Source: an uncultured Candidatus Saccharibacteria bacterium
GTDB taxonomy: Bacteria > Patescibacteriota > Doudnabacteria > UBA920
Length of the DNA: 64,000 nucleotides
NCBI GenBank assembly: GCA_964561085.1
Contig: CAZLNP010000001.1
Coordinates: forward strand, 147,201-211,200
Direction: 5' to 3'
Shown: piece after piece, positions 1-10,139 of the stretch
Position numbering within the stretch: the first letter of the stretch is position 1
Layout of the letters: each line of letters starts with the position of its first letter
Position numbers and translations under genes: made by a program
The notes under the pieces: generated by a model
Seen by the model: only the letters and a program-made list of their open reading frames with translations
What the model was told of the DNA's origin: nothing
The model's database searches: none

Positions 1-149
1 CAAGCAAAATAACCGCAGCAAGTAAACGTGCGGTATTTTTAAGAATTGTCTGTTTTTTCATGATTTTTTGTTTCATCTCAGGTTTACTGGACTATTAAAT
101 ATAGTATATCACATTTTAAGGCAAAGCACAAGGCCAAAAGCCCTAATAA

Positions 150-698
150 CTAATTAGATCTACTAGAGCCGGTCTCCGAATCGCTATCGGGAACCAGTGA
201 ATCGTCCTGACTTAATGTTAACGGGGCAATTTCAATAACTTTGTTAGTATCTGGTCTAAATAATATGGCTCTCTGAGCCTCCTGGTAGATTAAGACTTTA
301 TCCCCAGCTTTGGAATTTGCGAAGAACTCTTGATCTGCTAGCTTGGTTGGATCAGTAACGGTTGCTACTGTCGGCTCTTCCCCTACTGGGAGCTCTACTA
401 ACTGACCAACTTGGTCTACAATCTTTTGGCTTTCTTCTTTTGCTTTAGCGTTTGGATCGTTCTGGATTTGTTTCAACTCATTCTTTGCTTCTCTTAAATC
501 CATGTAGAATTTAACCGTAAATACTAATAATAGTAATCCGAAAATAATTACTAGTGCAATTAGAAGTTTCTTTTTATTTTGCTTCAAGCCATCAAGCACT
601 GAAGAAGTCTTAGATGTCTTAGAAAAATTTTGCGGCAAATCGAATGTTGAGTTAACAACAGAAGTAGACTTTATTTTAGATTTTAGTTTCTGTGGCAT
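150..698 (-). CDS. Hypothetical membrane protein (182 aa). Basic N-terminus, one TM helix (LLIALVIIFGLLLLVFTV), C-terminal soluble domain. Last gene of the minus-strand surface island.
   Basis: Intact ORF from the track. Hydrophobic helix visible in the translation. Sits immediately downstream of the giant protein gene on the same strand. Confidence 0.5.
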   Translation of the reverse strand: MPQKLKSKIKSTSVVNSTFDLPQNFSKTSKTSSVLDGLKQNKKKLLIALVIIFGLLLLVFTVKFYMDLREAKNELKQIQNDPNAKAKEESQKIVDQVGQLVELPVGEEPTVATVTDPTKLADQEFFANSKAGDKVLIYQEAQRAILFRPDTNKVIEIAPLTLSQDDSLVPDSDSETGSSRSN

Positions 699-781
699 AG
701 TTTAGTTTTACTCTATATATTATATCAAATGAATCGCATAAAACAAAACTAGCTATGCAAATCACAGCTAGTTTTTATTCT

Positions 782-3700
782 TTATTCTAATCCGAGAGAA
801 TTATCGGAAGAGGGTTCTTCAGTGGAGCTTGGTTCTTCTGGTTCTGTTGATGGTTCATCTATATTATTACCGCCATCAGTAGGCTCTTCGTCCTGATCTG
901 ACGAACCAGTTGAATCTGTTGAATCGCTCGATTCATCTACTTGGGGTTCATCGTTAGGTTGAGAATCGGAACCATCCGAACTAGAGTCATCGTAGAAATA
1001 TTCATCAGTTTGATCCCCTGCCACTTCACCTGTATCTAGCTCTATCTGATCTCCTGCTGAGATTACCAATCTTGGATTCTTTACCGCCAAAGCTATCCAG
1101 CTAAATGTGAGATCTTGAGGAGCCGGTTGGTTTAAGATAATTCGGAAGCCATTCTGACTCTTTCTTGTAACTAAGTGCTGTACATTACTACCAAACAATA
1201 ACTCAATGTTAGAGTCATCAATAATGTTCATGGCGTCTATCACTTCTTGGTTTACCTCTTCAAGAAGCTGTTCATCTTGCTCTTGGGTAATTGCCACACT
1301 AACAATTGGTTGTTCTAAGTATGAGCGCTCAAATGTTACGTCTACGTATCTGTCGCCTTGTAAAATTTTGGCATAGCCAGCTGTGTCTGAATTAAAGAAC
1401 GGGCGACCAATGAATACAAGGTCAGAAAGCACATCTATACTTCTGCCAGAGCTTCCAATCGTCAGCACTTGTAAGCCATCTGCCACAATGTTCGGAGAAA
1501 TTACTTCGAACGTTGCACTTAGTCTATCTGTAAGAATTTGAGAAGATACACCGACATCCTTCTTTTGAGTCTTCATTTGCTTTAGGAAAGCAAGGATTCT
1601 ATCTTGTTTAGTTTCTCTGAGTTCTAAATCGCCGCTTTCAAGAAGAACAGAATCTTCGTCTGGCATTTCTTCTAGGCCCATTTCTGCAATAGCGGCGTCC
1701 ATTTCTTCCATCAGCTGTTCGATTGGTAAACCGTTAAAGCTGCCAAGTTCTACGAACATCATGACTTTGCCACACATTTCCAAATCAACACTTGGCTCTT
1801 CTACTACTTCGTCAGCATCTGCAGTAGTTTCTTCGGTTTCACTTGTGGATTCTTCTGTTGACTCATTTGAAAGATCTTCAGATTCATTATTAGTTTGAAT
1901 TGAACACACTTCTTGCTGTTCTGCAGACAGGCTAGAATCAAGAGCTCTTCCAATTGCTAGCCCAGAACTTGTCGCACGCATAGCATGGCCTTCAATAGAG
2001 GAAGCTGTTAAGTAATCCCCTGGTTGTACCGGACCATTTTCATCGCTAAACTTTACAGGAATACGTCCAGTCAATGCTATTGGATAACCATCTGCTAATC
2101 TTTCTCCCAAAATAATTGCCGGTCTACTCGCCACCACACCAAGCACTCTCTGATTATTTTCACCAGTGTAAAGTACTACGTCGTCACCGTCACCGTTTGG
2201 ATCGATGGAAACTACATCCCCCGCTTGTAGGTTATTAGTAGAGTAATAGTACTCAGCCAAATCGGCTCCACCAGTGAATCCAACTTCTGTACCCAAACTA
2301 CCAACCGCTGTAACACCATCCAAAACTAACTCGTTTCTAATGTTATATAGCTGGTTTGTTATATAATCTAATCCTTGTCCTAACTGAACGTTTTCTGCTT
2401 GGGACCACATATGCTCATCAGTAGCCATTAATAGAGAGCGCTTAGAAAGATCTATGGAACGAATATCATCTGAGTCAGAATCCGTATCTGTCCATTCAGT
2501 TCCATGATCATCAGTCTTTTTAGCGTCGCCGTGGAAAATATCTGCAATTACGTTTGGACCTGCTTGGTGGTTATAACAAGTTACGCCACCAGTACCAGTT
2601 GTACTGTCTGTACCAACACAAAGCAATCTTGCTTCTCCGAGTAAAGCTTTGTTCGTTAATCCAATTGCAACTACAGCATTAGAATCGCCATATAGAGCTT
2701 CTGGGTCGACCTCGAAGTCCGTAGTTGTGTCTGGAGTAACATCAAATGGAATTGCCACTGTCATTGTGTCCGTGGTATTAGAAATTACACGACGTGTTTG
2801 GCCGGCACCAGTACCGCTGGTCAAGTTAACAATTAAACCTGCAAATTCATTCGGGAACCAAGTTTCTCCCGTGTCTGTAATTGTTGTTGAGGTAGCAGCT
2901 GTAGCGTTGTCTACTGTAATTACACGCTTGTTTACCAAAGGACGAGCATCGTTAAATAGACGGCGTTGTTGAGCATTACTTACTGTGGCAAGTGTTGTAG
3001 TTTGCACCGCAAATGTAAAGTCATCGATAGAACCGTTCCAGAAGTTTGAGCCAGCTGCACAGTTCACAGAACCTGCACATGAAGCACCAAGGCTAACAAT
3101 TTGGCTTCCGTCAAAGGTCGTAGCTAAGGCTGTAGCAGTACTTAAGTTAATTGCTTGCCCATCTAGATACACGTCAACGTCACCCGCGTTTGTGCGAGAA
3201 ATTGTTATCATATGCCATTGGTTATCATTATACAATTGAGATGTTGTTGCGGTAATGTCATAGGTGGTGCCTAAAGTCCAGCTGGCATCATCATCTACTC
3301 CGACACGGATTGTTCCAGTAGTTGTCATAGTAGCATCTACACAACCTGTTGCTGCTGTACCCGCTGCGACATAACATTTACTAAAGAGTACTTCAGGTGC
3401 TCCAGGGAGACTAGTAGAATGTTTAAACCACATACTGACCGTCCACCCAACGGTAGATATATTGAATGCCGTATCTACGTCACAAGTACCGTCCGAGGTT
3501 GTATCAGAACATAAGTATCCAGCGCCACCTAAGTCAACAGCTTTACCACGAACACCACTCACCCCTTGTGTGTAGGTTCCTTTGTAAGTCATATCATTGT
3601 CTACAATAGTGTCGCTGTCTGCAGTTGTTGTTGTGTCATCCAAAGGAAGAGCAACGTCAATATACTGATGCTTCATCATACTTTGACGATTTGTATCGAA

Positions 3701-6700
3701 CCACTTTACCCAGCCTGTTGCTGTTGTAGTGTGGCCATGCAATTCAGTCAAACCTAGACTGTGTCCAACATAAATTAAATCTTCTGTTTCTAGGGCAGAT
3801 GATGCACGTTCAATTACATCAATCGCGTCTGGTGCACCTACTATCATGTTTGGTGTAGTTTTAGAAAGTGCTGGTGTTGTAGATTGATCCCATACCGCGC
3901 TGTAAGCTCCATTAATTTCATTAATTTTGTCTGCATCAAAGTTATCCCAACGTTCCAATTGGTCCAGAGTAGTATTTAGAGCGTACATTCTACCAGTCTT
4001 AGTCAAATGCACAGCAGTGTAATCATTATCCGTTGCATCGGAATATTGAATCAGCTGACTTGTAGCCATGTTAATAACAGTAAGGCCAGAATTTGTTGCC
4101 AATGCAATATAAGTACCTCCATACCCTGGAGTTAAGTTAGTAGCAGCACCAATAGTAGACGCAGTGATTGTAATGTTAGGGTTAACAACAAACACATCAT
4201 TAATTGTTTCCCAACCAGCAATGGTACCAGTTACTGCAATGTCTAAGTTGGTATTATTATCTACGTTATAATTCACAGCCCCGTTACGACTTCCAATTCC
4301 AACGTCTGCACCAGAACGATCTGTAGCATCGTAGTTCCACATACGATCGTTAATAAAGTCGAAAGCGTAAAGCCCGTCACCCGCTCCATTAGAACCGTCG
4401 GTTGTACCAACATAGATAACACCATTCATAGCGGTTACGCTGGAAGGATCATTGCTAGTATCTACACCCAAAGCGTACCCACTAGCGTTTTGGCTAAACT
4501 TCATCCACAATGTATTGTTAGAAGTATCAAAAATATACAAAGCATTAGCAGTTACAGCCAAGGTTGCTTTTCTTGGAAAAGAGGAAGCACCACAACGATC
4601 GTCAGTTGAAATGTTACAAATTGAACCGACTGCGTCTTTTGTTTCGTTATACCAAGATAGTCTTTCTGTTGTTGCCCAGTCTACCCAGCGACCACCATCA
4701 CTGTCAGCGGTAGTATCATACAAGAACACATCTTTTACACCAGCTAGTGCTGTTAAGTTTCTAGCACCAATAGTAGTGATGTCGCCGTATACATCTAAGT
4801 CCCCTCTATTAATAGCTTCACCAATTTGAAGCATGCTAGTAGGAGCTGCTGTTCCAATACCAACATAACCATTCATGAATGCAGCGGCATACTCTATGCC
4901 AGCACCCGAGCCAGCATCTATGTATGCACCATAACTTGTTACATTTGTAGTTGATGCACCAGTTATTTTTAAGCCAGCATAAGTACAAGCACCAGTAGCA
5001 CAAGCAGTCATAGTAGGAGCTTCAATATTTAAACCATTAATTTGTTTAGTTCCAGCGCCAGATGTGTTAACAGTAATTGCTAGATTCAAACCATTAGTGA
5101 TTGATTCACTTGAAGCGTTAGTAGAGGCGTTAGTATATGTCAAATTTACTAGACTGCCAGTTTGAGTTGCACCTGGGTCATAAGAAGCGCCAGTAACATT
5201 AATTGCGTTTCCTCGAGTCAATACAGTACCCATGTTAATCTCTATAACTTTTCCAGTAGTTAAAGAAGTGGCATTAAATGTTGCGAGCCTGCCAGTGGCA
5301 GTAGAGTTGGCTGTTAAGTTTAACAATCCACCTGATCCAGTGTAAGCACCAGAAGCTTGAAGTTGAACAATGCCGTTAGACACAGAACCAGTTGTTGCAG
5401 ATGTAACTTTAAAAGCAGACCCTGAAGTAAGCCCTGTTCCTGAAGAAGTGACAGTTAAGTTATCTGTTGTAGTTGTTGCACCCCAATCCAAAGTTTGAAC
5501 AGTTGTACCCATCGCAACAGCGCCATTACCTGCAGCATCGCCGATTGTATCGAAAGTAGTAGAGCCGCCACCAGCGATTGTACAATCTGTACGAGTTGAA
5601 CCAGCGTTGTCTACACAAGCAACTCCTGCACCTGTAAAGTTCAAGGTAGCGCGCTGTGTTAAGCTACCAGCTTCATCTTGAATAGTGGTGTATCCACCAC
5701 CAGCTGAACAAGCACCCCAAAGAATTGTAGTAGCATTTGCTTTCAAACATTCTGTATCTGAACCACGAGCCAAACGGGTTGAGTTAGTGCCATTATGGTA
5801 CAGTAAGTCACCATTAGTTGTGAGTTGAGATAGATTGTTAATTGCATTCTGCGATGTTGATGCTCCAGTACCACCATCTGCAACTGCAATATCAGTTCCG
5901 TTCCATATGCCTGTAGTAACAGTGCCATTGTTAGCTGTAACTACAAGACCGTTAAAGCTAGTTGCTCCAGTGATTGCACCAGACAGTGCAAGTGAACTCA
6001 ATGTTCCGACGCTCGTCAAAGAAGAAGCAGTCACATTAGCAGCTAAGGTTGACCCTGAAATATCTGCTGCTGCGTTAACAGTTATATTAGCATTTGGGAA
6101 TGTGTAAGTTTTATCTGATCCTGTTAAGTCTGCGGTTGTAAAAATACCAGCGAAAGTCGCACCAGTTCCAGTAGTTTGAGGTTTAATATTGATTGTGTCT
6201 GTATTAGCAGTTGTAGATGAGGCTACAATTGAACCTGTAGTCGTAGCAATAAGATTAACATTCTGAGCGGCTCCACCTGCGGTAAATGATAGAGCACCAG
6301 TTCCGGTGATTGAACCATTCGCTGTTCCAGTACCGCCAAGCGAAACTGGAAGCTGTGCATTCACTGACCATGTTCCAGAAGAAATACTTGGTACACCTGT
6401 TGATGCTGAAGTGTTAATTCCAGTACCACCGTAGGTACCAGCAATAGCAGTCCCATTCCAAACACCAGTTGTAATTGTTCCGATGGAAACTAAAGATGAC
6501 AAAGTTGTCACACCTGATGTAATTAAAGTTCCTGTGGTTGGAAGTGTCACGTTTGTAGCACCAGTAGTTGTAAGTGTAAGAGCGTTTGCTCCCGCTGTTG
6601 TAAATGCTGCCGCTGTATTAATGTTGCCGCCAAGGGTAATTGTGTTGCTACCATTGTTTACTCCTGTGCCACCATAAGTTGAGCCGACCACTGTTCCCTG

Positions 6701-7558
6701 CCAAGCTCCTGCAGTAACAACTCCGCTTGCGTTTACACTAAATGCATTTGCGGTTCCAGAAGTTAATGTTCCAGATACATCTACATTTCCTGTTATAGCT
6801 AAATCACTTCCAGAAGGTGCAATTGTTAAATCGCCTCCGGATGAGGTTGTGAAGGAAGAATAGTTTGCTGCGTCGTAGCCAACTCTTAATTGTTCAGTTG
6901 TAGATGTGACATGCAATTTTGCAGAAGTAGTGGCTGTTCCAATTCCTACATTACCACCAGTTAAGTTCCAACCAGCTCCGCTTCCTACAGAAGTCAAAGT
7001 TGTGAATCCGTTAGATGCTACTCCCAAAGTTGCGCGGTTAGAGCCATCATAATTAAATGCTGCTTGGGTGGCGGTATTAGTAATGTCCACCAGACCTGTG
7101 CCCTTAAGATTGCTTGCCAAGAAAGCGACTGGAACTGTTCCAATCTTCTTTCGTGGAGTCATTTCTCCATCCCAACTAGGTGTCCCTGTTCCTCCGATGT
7201 TTACACTCAAAAATAAAGTCTGATTAAAATCTAGACTACCAAAAGGGTTAACCTCTCCCAACATCACACTAAACACCCCATTAGTGACTGTCACTTTATC
7301 TCCAGCAGTACGAGTTTCGGTCCAAAGAAGACTTCCTCCACTTACAGCGTCGTAAAGTTTGAACTCCATGTTATAGTCACCATCCGCAACAGCGACATTG
7401 CTACCATTTGTTAGTTTTCCCTGGTAGTTAATCTCTGCATTATAAGCAGCAATGGCCGAACGTTCATAATTGAAAGTAGATGCTACTGTAGCCAATACAA
7501 CTAGAAGGCCTATTAACGCGAAAGCTATGCGCACGGTAGGAGTAAAGAGTTTAATCAT
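782..7558 (-). CDS. Giant surface protein (about 2,258 aa). N-terminal signal/anchor helix, long Thr/Gly/Ser/Asn-rich repeat region, central LamG/ConA-like lectin-fold domain, C-terminal acidic Asp/Glu/Ser/Pro-rich tail.
   Basis: Uninterrupted 6.8 kb ORF. The ORF track starts at 7591 (MRKCEQ...). The internal Met at 7558 (MIKLFTPTVRIAFALIGLLVVLATVAS) gives a typical signal/anchor and avoids overlap with the upstream HTH gene. LamG-like signature '...WTVSMWFKH...NQWHMITISRTNAGDVDVYLDGQ' is encoded around 3050-3450. Confidence 0.8.
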   Translation of the reverse strand: MIKLFTPTVRIAFALIGLLVVLATVASTFNYERSAIAAYNAEINYQGKLTNGSNVAVADGDYNMEFKLYDAVSGGSLLWTETRTAGDKVTVTNGVFSVMLGEVNPFGSLDFNQTLFLSVNIGGTGTPSWDGEMTPRKKIGTVPVAFLASNLKGTGLVDITNTATQAAFNYDGSNRATLGVASNGFTTLTSVGSGAGWNLTGGNVGIGTATTSAKLHVTSTTEQLRVGYDAANYSSFTTSSGGDLTIAPSGSDLAITGNVDVSGTLTSGTANAFSVNASGVVTAGAWQGTVVGSTYGGTGVNNGSNTITLGGNINTAAAFTTAGANALTLTTTGATNVTLPTTGTLITSGVTTLSSLVSIGTITTGVWNGTAIAGTYGGTGINTSASTGVPSISSGTWSVNAQLPVSLGGTGTANGSITGTGALSFTAGGAAQNVNLIATTTGSIVASSTTANTDTINIKPQTTGTGATFAGIFTTADLTGSDKTYTFPNANITVNAAADISGSTLAANVTASSLTSVGTLSSLALSGAITGATSFNGLVVTANNGTVTTGIWNGTDIAVADGGTGASTSQNAINNLSQLTTNGDLLYHNGTNSTRLARGSDTECLKANATTILWGACSAGGGYTTIQDEAGSLTQRATLNFTGAGVACVDNAGSTRTDCTIAGGGSTTFDTIGDAAGNGAVAMGTTVQTLDWGATTTTDNLTVTSSGTGLTSGSAFKVTSATTGSVSNGIVQLQASGAYTGSGGLLNLTANSTATGRLATFNATSLTTGKVIEINMGTVLTRGNAINVTGASYDPGATQTGSLVNLTYTNASTNASSESITNGLNLAITVNTSGAGTKQINGLNIEAPTMTACATGACTYAGLKITGASTTNVTSYGAYIDAGSGAGIEYAAAFMNGYVGIGTAAPTSMLQIGEAINRGDLDVYGDITTIGARNLTALAGVKDVFLYDTTADSDGGRWVDWATTERLSWYNETKDAVGSICNISTDDRCGASSFPRKATLAVTANALYIFDTSNNTLWMKFSQNASGYALGVDTSNDPSSVTAMNGVIYVGTTDGSNGAGDGLYAFDFINDRMWNYDATDRSGADVGIGSRNGAVNYNVDNNTNLDIAVTGTIAGWETINDVFVVNPNITITASTIGAATNLTPGYGGTYIALATNSGLTVINMATSQLIQYSDATDNDYTAVHLTKTGRMYALNTTLDQLERWDNFDADKINEINGAYSAVWDQSTTPALSKTTPNMIVGAPDAIDVIERASSALETEDLIYVGHSLGLTELHGHTTTATGWVKWFDTNRQSMMKHQYIDVALPLDDTTTTADSDTIVDNDMTYKGTYTQGVSGVRGKAVDLGGAGYLCSDTTSDGTCDVDTAFNISTVGWTVSMWFKHSTSLPGAPEVLFSKCYVAAGTAATGCVDATMTTTGTIRVGVDDDASWTLGTTYDITATTSQLYNDNQWHMITISRTNAGDVDVYLDGQAINLSTATALATTFDGSQIVSLGASCAGSVNCAAGSNFWNGSIDDFTFAVQTTTLATVSNAQQRRLFNDARPLVNKRVITVDNATAATSTTITDTGETWFPNEFAGLIVNLTSGTGAGQTRRVISNTTDTMTVAIPFDVTPDTTTDFEVDPEALYGDSNAVVAIGLTNKALLGEARLLCVGTDSTTGTGGVTCYNHQAGPNVIADIFHGDAKKTDDHGTEWTDTDSDSDDIRSIDLSKRSLLMATDEHMWSQAENVQLGQGLDYITNQLYNIRNELVLDGVTAVGSLGTEVGFTGGADLAEYYYSTNNLQAGDVVSIDPNGDGDDVVLYTGENNQRVLGVVASRPAIILGERLADGYPIALTGRIPVKFSDENGPVQPGDYLTASSIEGHAMRATSSGLAIGRALDSSLSAEQQEVCSIQTNNESEDLSNESTEESTSETEETTADADEVVEEPSVDLEMCGKVMMFVELGSFNGLPIEQLMEEMDAAIAEMGLEEMPDEDSVLLESGDLELRETKQDRILAFLKQMKTQKKDVGVSSQILTDRLSATFEVISPNIVADGLQVLTIGSSGRSIDVLSDLVFIGRPFFNSDTAGYAKILQGDRYVDVTFERSYLEQPIVSVAITQEQDEQLLEEVNQEVIDAMNIIDDSNIELLFGSNVQHLVTRKSQNGFRIILNQPAPQDLTFSWIALAVKNPRLVISAGDQIELDTGEVAGDQTDEYFYDDSSSDGSDSQPNDEPQVDESSDSTDSTGSSDQDEEPTDGGNNIDEPSTEPEEPSSTEEPSSDNSLGLE

Positions 7559-7802
7559 ACACAACCTCCGCTTTTGTTCGCATTTGCGCACTGCGAGAAT
7601 GCTTCACTTTTTGTTGTTTCAAATACAATAAAACCGCCCCACGTGTAGTGAGCCAGTTTCTAGCTATCTTCATTGCTTTTAGATGTCCTGTTCTCGCTCT
7701 TAAACTCAAGTACTCGGCTGAGTATGGAGTAAAGTTTGCAGCTTCAGAGATTGAGATTAAATCTCCTGAGGCTAAAAAGGACTTCTTTTCCCTTTCTGAC
7801 AT
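7551..7802 (-). CDS. Small helix-turn-helix DNA-binding protein (83 aa, excisionase/MerR-like HTH), immediately upstream of the giant protein gene.
   Basis: ORF with the segment 'ISISEAANFTPYSAEYLSLRARTGHLKAMKIARNWLTTRGAV', which resembles an excisionase-family HTH. Its stop codon lies 2-4 nt from the proposed giant-gene start. Confidence 0.5.
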   Translation of the reverse strand: MSEREKKSFLASGDLISISEAANFTPYSAEYLSLRARTGHLKAMKIARNWLTTRGAVLLYLKQQKVKHSRSAQMRTKAEVVYD

Positions 7803-7940
7803 ATTGTATTTTAGTTTTTGTTTCTTGTATTGATCTTCGCTTTTTTACCGATGATCAATATTTGCTATCCGATACTTTTTCTATATCAAGTATAGCAGTT
7901 TTATTGCGTTTTGTCAATGCTATATTAAAAAAGAGTTGGA

Positions 7941-9284
7941 TTATTCCAACTCTTTTTTCTCTTCATTGCTTCGCAAGGAAATTTGTTTTCTAATTCTTAC
8001 TACTCTCCAAAAATGTACTGTCACAATTACTGCGGCGAGGCCCACTGTTCCTATGATAACGGGGTTCGGAAGTCCTTCCTGTCCCGATTCTTCCCTGCTA
8101 TCCACTTCTGCCTGCGCTTCATTAATTACTTCAACAGAGCCCGAAACCTTTTCAAGTATTAATTTTGTCGAATTAAATACTGTGACAACTAATGCATAGT
8201 TTTTTGGATTTTTAAACGCTGGGGTTTTTACCCTATACTCACCGCTCTCTTTATCGTAAAAAAACAGATAGGTCGAGCTAGAAGATTTTTTTTCAGGATC
8301 GGCAACAGTCAACGTTAAGAATGACCCATCTTCAGGTAGACGACTCCTCGGGATTGAAATTTCTAAACCTTGTCCTACAGGAATCACTGGGTTGTCTAAA
8401 TCCAAAGTAAGACCATCGCGATAGGAAAAATTAAAATCTTTAAACAGACTTGGAATCAGTGGTGGGTTCTTTACCGAAGGAAGTTGTATGTCTACTGCAG
8501 GAGCTGTTGGATCTGTGTTGACTTCATCACTGCTGGCGATCATTGTATACGAAACGGATCCGGAAGAATAATTACCAGTAGTGTCCTTAGAGAACGCTGT
8601 ATAAAAATAAATTACACCGGGCACTACATTGTCATCATAAAAATTACTTCCAAGACCTTCATAGATCACAGCTCCATTTAAAGGATCTAAAGGAAAAAAC
8701 TTTTCTGATTTTACTATTCTAACTAAATTAAAATCTGATTCTGTTGGATTGTTCCAACTTAAATGAATATGTTTTAATTGAGGAGTTGCAGAAAACTCAC
8801 TAACATTGCTGGGTGGTTCTGTGTCTGGTGGGCTAAGTGTTACGAATACATCTTGATACTTACTCTCGGCACCATTTGTCCCGGTAGAAATTATTTGAAA
8901 GTAGTATCTTTTATTTGGTAATAGATCTGAAATTAGAGCTGAATGATTCTTGGTATATTGTTCTCCAGCAACAGTGCCATCTCTATAGTCAGGGTTAGTG
9001 CCCCAAGAAACGCGGGACAACGCTAAGTCTTGTGTGACCCAATTTATTGTCGCCGAATCGTAAGAAGTTGTTACTGCAACTCTACTTATTTTTGGAGGAC
9101 TAACCGTTGGAGGCGCCCCTCCTCCTGTAGATCCTGGCACAGGATCAACTCCGGTATTACTAGGCTGACCAACCTGAACACCACTACTTGCTGCATAGAT
9201 TAAAGCAGGCGTACTTAAAAATATTGAGCAAGTAAAAATCCCCAACGAAAATAAAGTAAAGATTCGGCTGATTTTGAATTTCAT
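7941..9284 (-). CDS. Membrane-anchored surface protein with two fibronectin type III-like domains (447 aa). N-terminal signal peptide, C-terminal TM helix and charged tail.
   Basis: Signal 'MKFKISRIFTLFSLGIFTCSIFLSTPALIYA'. FN3-like blocks ('ATINWVTQ...YYFQIISTGTNGAES', 'HIHLSWNNPTE...YFYTAFSKDTTGN'). C-terminal 'IIGTVGLAAVIVTVHFWRVVRIRKQ'. Confidence 0.65.
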   Translation of the reverse strand: MKFKISRIFTLFSLGIFTCSIFLSTPALIYAASSGVQVGQPSNTGVDPVPGSTGGGAPPTVSPPKISRVAVTTSYDSATINWVTQDLALSRVSWGTNPDYRDGTVAGEQYTKNHSALISDLLPNKRYYFQIISTGTNGAESKYQDVFVTLSPPDTEPPSNVSEFSATPQLKHIHLSWNNPTESDFNLVRIVKSEKFFPLDPLNGAVIYEGLGSNFYDDNVVPGVIYFYTAFSKDTTGNYSSGSVSYTMIASSDEVNTDPTAPAVDIQLPSVKNPPLIPSLFKDFNFSYRDGLTLDLDNPVIPVGQGLEISIPRSRLPEDGSFLTLTVADPEKKSSSSTYLFFYDKESGEYRVKTPAFKNPKNYALVVTVFNSTKLILEKVSGSVEVINEAQAEVDSREESGQEGLPNPVIIGTVGLAAVIVTVHFWRVVRIRKQISLRSNEEKKELE

Positions 9285-9293
9285 AACTAAGTT

Positions 9294-10097
9294 TTATAGA
9301 GCTACTGCAGTGACGGTAATATTAGCTTCGTAATTTCCATTAGGTTGGATATGACTTGAACCTACTTCAGCCTGCATCTTCACAGTAGTAGTAGTCCCCG
9401 ACGGATGATTCCCAGTTGTTCGTTCAGCAATTTGTTGGTCAGAAGTAGTAAGCTTGTCCCAACATCGATCTGTAGTATCACTTCCCCCTATAGCATCACA
9501 CGTAGCACCATTATCTTTGTATCTTTGAATAATATCTACTCCTTCTGGAGTAAATCCGTACTCGCTATCTGCTGAGGCTACTGACCATAAATAGTCCGGC
9601 GCAGCTCCACTTGTTGTATAGTCAGCAAAATCACTGGAAGCGCTTCGCAATGCTGGATTAGTATCGGCTTTAATTGTTAGCGAATATCCTGCTGGATTAT
9701 CTGTAATGACTGTCCAAACAGTTGAACCGCTACCGACTCCACCAGAAACTCCAGAGATTGCTGGACTCATTGTTACATCGCTTCCACTACTAATAGCTAA
9801 GTATGTGAGTTGTGCGCCTATGAATCCTGCGTTTATTCCATAGCTGCCACTCGCAGAGTCTCCAGTAGCTATCTCGCCAACTGTATCGAACAAACCATAA
9901 GAGGTAGATGATCCATCTTGCCCCCCAACGTTAATTGAATCTAACGGAATCTTATATGCTGTGCCAGCCATTTGTGCATGGATATGGGTCGCAGTTCCCA
10001 CTGACACAGACATCAACAAAAAAAACAGCACAGCAAACCTGAAAGTTTTGCCTGCACTGATTTTTGTTATTAAAATTTTAATTTTTTCTAAATTCAT
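9294..10097 (-). CDS. Secreted protein (267 aa), WxL-like. Paralog of the 11186-11836 gene.
   Basis: Signal peptide. Motif 'GSTVWTVITDNPAGYSLTIKADTNPALRS' is shared with its paralog and resembles the proximal WxL motif ([LI]TWT[LV]xDxP). Conserved C-terminus '...YEANITVTAVAL'. Confidence 0.55.
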   Translation of the reverse strand: MNLEKIKILITKISAGKTFRFAVLFFLLMSVSVGTATHIHAQMAGTAYKIPLDSINVGGQDGSSTSYGLFDTVGEIATGDSASGSYGINAGFIGAQLTYLAISSGSDVTMSPAISGVSGGVGSGSTVWTVITDNPAGYSLTIKADTNPALRSASSDFADYTTSGAAPDYLWSVASADSEYGFTPEGVDIIQRYKDNGATCDAIGGSDTTDRCWDKLTTSDQQIAERTTGNHPSGTTTTVKMQAEVGSSHIQPNGNYEANITVTAVAL

Positions 10098-10139
10098 CCT
10101 AATCGCTTACTAATGATACTGGCCAGCGGTTAGTGATTG

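Noticed and set aside
2649-6677. Several 60-125 aa plus-strand ORFs from the track inside the giant protein gene (e.g. 2649-2972, 2985-3239, 4452-4829, 5835-6107, 6483-6677).
   Set aside because: They are antisense to a continuous 6.8-kb ORF and have low-complexity translations. They are typical shadow ORFs of a Thr/Gly/Ser-rich gene (GTN, ACN, GGN codons).
782-7591. Type IV pilin-like N-terminus for the giant protein.
   Set aside because: It has no class III leader (G/FTLIE-type cleavage motif). The N-terminus is an ordinary signal/anchor helix.
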